Assembly (NCBI GenBank): GCA_963811165.1
Contig: CAWEQH010000007.1
Span: forward strand, 1 to 36,007
Reading direction: 5' to 3'
DNA: 36,007 bases
Origin: an uncultured Nitrospiraceae bacterium
GTDB taxonomy: Bacteria; Nitrospirota; Thermodesulfovibrionia; Thermodesulfovibrionales; UBA6898
Both the position numbers and the translations under genes were made by a program. Under the pieces are notes generated by a model. It was not told the DNA's origin. It did not search any database and saw only the letters and a program-made list of their open reading frames with translations. Positions within the stretch are counted from its first letter, which is position 1, and each line of letters opens with the position of its first letter. This document shows, one piece after another, positions 32,593-36,007 of this stretch.

Positions 32593-35265
32593 ATGAGATT
32601 AAATAAAACAAAATTGCTATTTATAGCAACATTGCTTTTAATGGCGTGCCGTTGATCATGGTGGGAAATGCCGGGGCAATCATCCAGTCACTAGCAGCAC
32701 ATATAACCCTGATGCAGCGATACACGACGCCACCAGCGGCGGGTGGGACCTTCCGTCAAATTTTTATTGTGTTGCACCTGCGAGAGTTGGCGGGTGAGTG
32801 GGACGGTACCGGGACCGTTCCGGGTGCTGTAAAACGTACGATCTCGAGTCAGGCAGCAGCCCTATATCGCCTTCATCATGTACAGCGAGTGCCGGCGCAA
32901 AAACCACCGTAGAAGCTCGTTTACACCACACCGGCTACTTGCGCTGCAAAGGGCTATGCCTGGAGCGGCTATTCAGGCTCTTGCGGGGCGTCAACCTGGA
33001 CGACGACTGACCCCGATGGCGCTCCTGAAGCGTACTATACCGATCACAAGGGCTGTCTGAGGTGCCACAACACTACTTATATGACTGCTCATGGAGACGC
33101 TACAGCAGGAAAGGAAACCTATCTCAAAGGCGGACACAAAAACATGCTGCAGAAGGCAGACGGTTTCCCGGTAGGCTATCCCACGGGCATGAAGGCTGAT
33201 GGCTCCGGCAATACCGCAACCATCCTGACAACCGATGCCGCCGGAGATTCCTTTAACTGGACTTCCAACCCCCCGACTTATACTCCTTTGGTAAGCGCCG
33301 CAACTCAGGTTTTCTGGGTAGCAGGCTTCAGCGGTCTGGAAGGCACCTGGCCTCATGCCCTTGGAATCGGATAATTCGGCCGTCAGTGGCAGTGGCTCTT
33401 ACTCATGTGGCCGTTGCCATGCTACTGGCTGGTCGAGCGAGCGCTAGCCCTAATACGGCAAAAGAGCCTGAGTATTCCTTCCCTGGTATAAGCGCGCCAG
33501 CAGCAAAGACTGCGGGCAAGATTTATCTCGGCGGTTCAATAGCAACAGATACAAATAACTACGCTTCGTGGGACCGTTGGGGCATCCAGTGCTCAAGGTG
33601 TCATTATGCGACAGGCGCAGGCGATTCTGGCCATGCAGGCAGCAACAGCGGCGGCCATACTACATTCCCAGTAAGCGGCGTAAGCACTGGCGGCGACATA
33701 GTTTCGCTATGCATGAACTGCCACAGACAGGAAACAGGCGGCTTGCCGAATGCGTTGGAAGCGGCAGGCTTCCTGAACGCGTCTTGTACGGCAGTTGGAA
33801 CCCCTACACTATGTTGCACCGGCAGCAAAACAGGAAACTGCAACACTCGGATACGAATCCTGGCGGCACACTGTATATTACACCCAATACTTACACCAGC
33901 GGTGTCCTCACCGCTCTCGGCTCTTTCTCGGGCCACAGTCATGCCAACCAGTTCCTGAGCAGTCCGCATGCCGAGTTTACCGGCACATGGGGCAGATCGG
34001 TTGCCCTCCTACTTCTTATAGCCCGGCAGGGACTACGGCTGCGGCAGCGACATGTCGGCATACGGTAGCGCTTTTGTAAACTATACCGGCTCTGCAAGCG
34101 GCTCGCGATTATTACCCAGCCGACAGGTAAGGGCGGCTCCTGCACCGTATGTCACGATGTACACAATACAGTAATTGATAACGCAGCGGGTCAGGATGCG
34201 GGTGGCACTAAGGCATGTACATCCTGCCATTCCAGTGCATCTGACACCAATGCTCCTCAGGTAAATGTCTCTATAATTAACCATCCGACCGGCGCGGGCA
34301 CCCCGTTTGATTCAACGATCTTTACCGCCCCTGCCGATCCATGCGGTGTCTGCCATATGCCTGCAGGCCAGCATATCTTCAGGATTAACACTAGCGCTTC
34401 ATACGTTGAATTCCCGGCTGGTTCGCCGACAGCGGCGACAGCGGCTAACGCCGACGGCAAGCAGGTTGTCTGGACTGACTTGAATGCAGCATGCGGACAG
34501 TGCCACGGCGGAGACGCTGGAAGCACAGCCACGAAGAACGGCGCTCCGTATTTCCCGACCTCGACTCTTTCCCAGGCTGCGGCAGTAATGCATCCTACTA
34601 ACGTCAACGGCTCGCCGGTTCTGCCTGCGGGCGCGGGAGTTGGTTCATGCGGCCCTGTTGGTTTCGTATTACCTACCTCTGGAAGCCAGAGCACAAACTT
34701 TGTGGTCTCCGATACGTCCACATTTAATGGCGGATTGGCCGGAACGGTCTACATTGACTGGGGCGATGGGTCAGCGATGACGAAGATGGCCCCGGGCGCA
34801 ACTGCTGGTCATACGTATGCCAATAATGGTGGCTACACGATCAGAAAGACGACCCAGGACAATCAATTTGGCTTTAATTGTGTAGAAAAGGCATCAGTGA
34901 CCGTCAGCAACCTGGCTACTGGTGGCTTCGGCTCTGCCAGTGTAACCGCAGATGCTTGCGGCACAACCACAGCGATGGCGAACGTGAACGTCTATATGAC
35001 GAGCGGATTCCTACAGTTCCATGGCGACACTAGCGCTTCCGGAACAGTAACATTGGGGTCGGTTGCCAATACAATGCCTGTGGGTAGCTATACGGTAGCT
35101 GTATATGGCCCGCAGACGGATGGCTTAACCCCCCCCACTGCGCTCTGCACGTACCCCCAGACGATGAAGTGTTTCTCAGATTCAGCATGCGGTTTGCCGG
35201 TAACTAGTCCGTTCAGCGTTACTGGCTTACTCACACCGTACCAAGTGTATTGCGGATGTAAATAG
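32593..35265 (+). CDS. Large secreted 8-heme cytochrome with Cys-rich inserts and a C-terminal PKD-like region (multiple frameshifts)
   Basis: RBS AGGAG and signal peptide MRLNKTKLLFIATLLLM...GNAGA. CLRCH, CGRCH, CSRCH, CMNCH, CTVCH, CTSCH, CGVCH and CGQCH occur across frames, then YIDWGDG...GHTYANNGGYTI. Confidence 0.85.
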
Positions 35266-35289
35266 GTAGTATAATAGTGCTTTTAACTC

Positions 35290-35318
35290 AAGGCGGGTCC
35301 TCGGACCCGCCTTTTTTT
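35290..35318 (+). terminator. Rho-independent terminator
   Basis: AAGGCGGGTCC-tc-GGACCCGCC followed by T7. Confidence 0.85.
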
Positions 35319-35323
35319 ATTTT

Positions 35324-35356
35324 ATCCCCCCTGATAAGGGGGGATAGGGGGGGTTG
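35324..35356. repeat. Palindromic repeat, inverted copy of the unit at 28954..28986
   Basis: ATCCCCCCTGATAAGGGGGGATAGGGGGGGTTG is nearly the reverse complement of CAACCCCCCTCTATCCCCCCTTATCAAGGGGGA. Confidence 0.7.
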
Positions 35357-35644
35357 TATTTGTCTTTCTCTTTTCAATATGCGGTTCCCAGCCTTTTAAC
35401 CTTTCCAGCCTCCCAACCCCTCCCAGCCTCCCCTTGTGCAGGGGAGGTCCCCAGCGATTTACGATTCATCTGCCTCAGCGGACCCGCCCTGGCGGGCGGC
35501 CTTTTAACCTTCATTTCACCACACGCTTGGTGATTTCACCGAGCCACCAAATAGGGGCGAAAAGACTTTCTTTAGATGATGGAATAATCTTATTTAATTT
35601 CAAGGTATTACTAGTTACGTTAAGCTCTTTGTCTTTGAAATAGA

Positions 35645-35660
35645 TGGCATTTGACTTGCA
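35645..35660 (+). promoter_or_regulatory. Sigma54 promoter of the last gene
   Basis: TGGCATTTGACTTGCA (GG-N10-GC, near consensus), with an IHF-like TTTCAAGGTATTA at 35598..35610. Confidence 0.8.
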
Positions 35661-35807
35661 ACATACCTGTCAGGTTTTAGAAATTTTAGTCTGCCATGAC
35701 TGAGAAACCACTGAGAAGCCTTTGAATGGTACGGGGGTGCCAGATAAGGAAAAGTAGGATAGTATTGTCTCAAATAGCGACTAACATTAAAGAAACTGGA
35801 GGAATAA

Positions 35808-36007
35808 ATGCATAAAAAGCTCATAGTAATAATGCTGTGTGTTGCATTGGGAATGCTTCTCTTGCAGCCTCAGCCAGTGCGATAGCACCGGGCTACACAG
35901 GTGAAGACACTACAACTGCCGGCATTGGAATCAACGGGTCGGTCCATGACCTTCGCCGGGCCAATACCCGGGTAGGTTACAAATCCAACCCTGCGGATAG
36001 TCTTGAC
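35808..36007 (+). CDS. 5' end of a secreted protein, probable OmcE-family cytochrome (window-truncated; one frameshift)
   Basis: RBS GGAGG; MHKKLIVIMLCVALGMLL/AASASA|IAPGYTGEDTTTAGIGINGSVHDLRR...PADSLD. GIxxS/TxHDL parallels GIANTKHNLS of the 4433 cytochrome. No CxxCH lies inside the window. Confidence 0.55.

Noticed and set aside
32593..35265. Assignment as OmcZ or OmcS
   Set aside because: The heme count matches OmcZ, but motif spacing and surrounding sequence do not resemble what I recall of either protein.

Overview
Bacterial window of about 50-55% GC. The gene content suggests an anaerobe such as Nitrospirota (Thermodesulfovibrionia) or Desulfobacterota, which is inference only. The sequence carries many single-base indels, so most genes are split across several ORFs and were reconstructed by eye. 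The left arm is an extracellular-electron-transfer-type operon: the tail of a cytochrome, an outer-membrane beta-barrel, a SurA-like PPIase, an NHL lipoprotein, a ~12-heme cytochrome with an OmcE-like N-terminal module, and a 7-heme cytochrome with PKD domains. A GIY-YIG gene with perfect 27-bp inverted repeats is inserted inside this arm. The middle holds four TMTC-like (GT-C + TPR) putative protein O-glycosyltransferases, two more SurA-like lipoproteins, a secreted beta-propeller, a sigma54-driven HTH-amtB-glnK operon, an orphan solute-binding protein and a receiver-PilZ protein. The right arm has a heme-c (CxxCH) sensor kinase, two tandem sigma54 response regulators (one with degenerate GAFTGA and Walker B motifs), and two sigma54-driven secreted cytochrome genes (an 8-heme PKD protein and the start of a probable OmcE-family protein). 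The best candidate for a new system is a surface-cytochrome/nanowire locus with its own folding, O-glycosylation and heme-sensing machinery. The second notable signal is that several REP-like repeat families sit inside equivalent loops of the glycosyltransferase genes.
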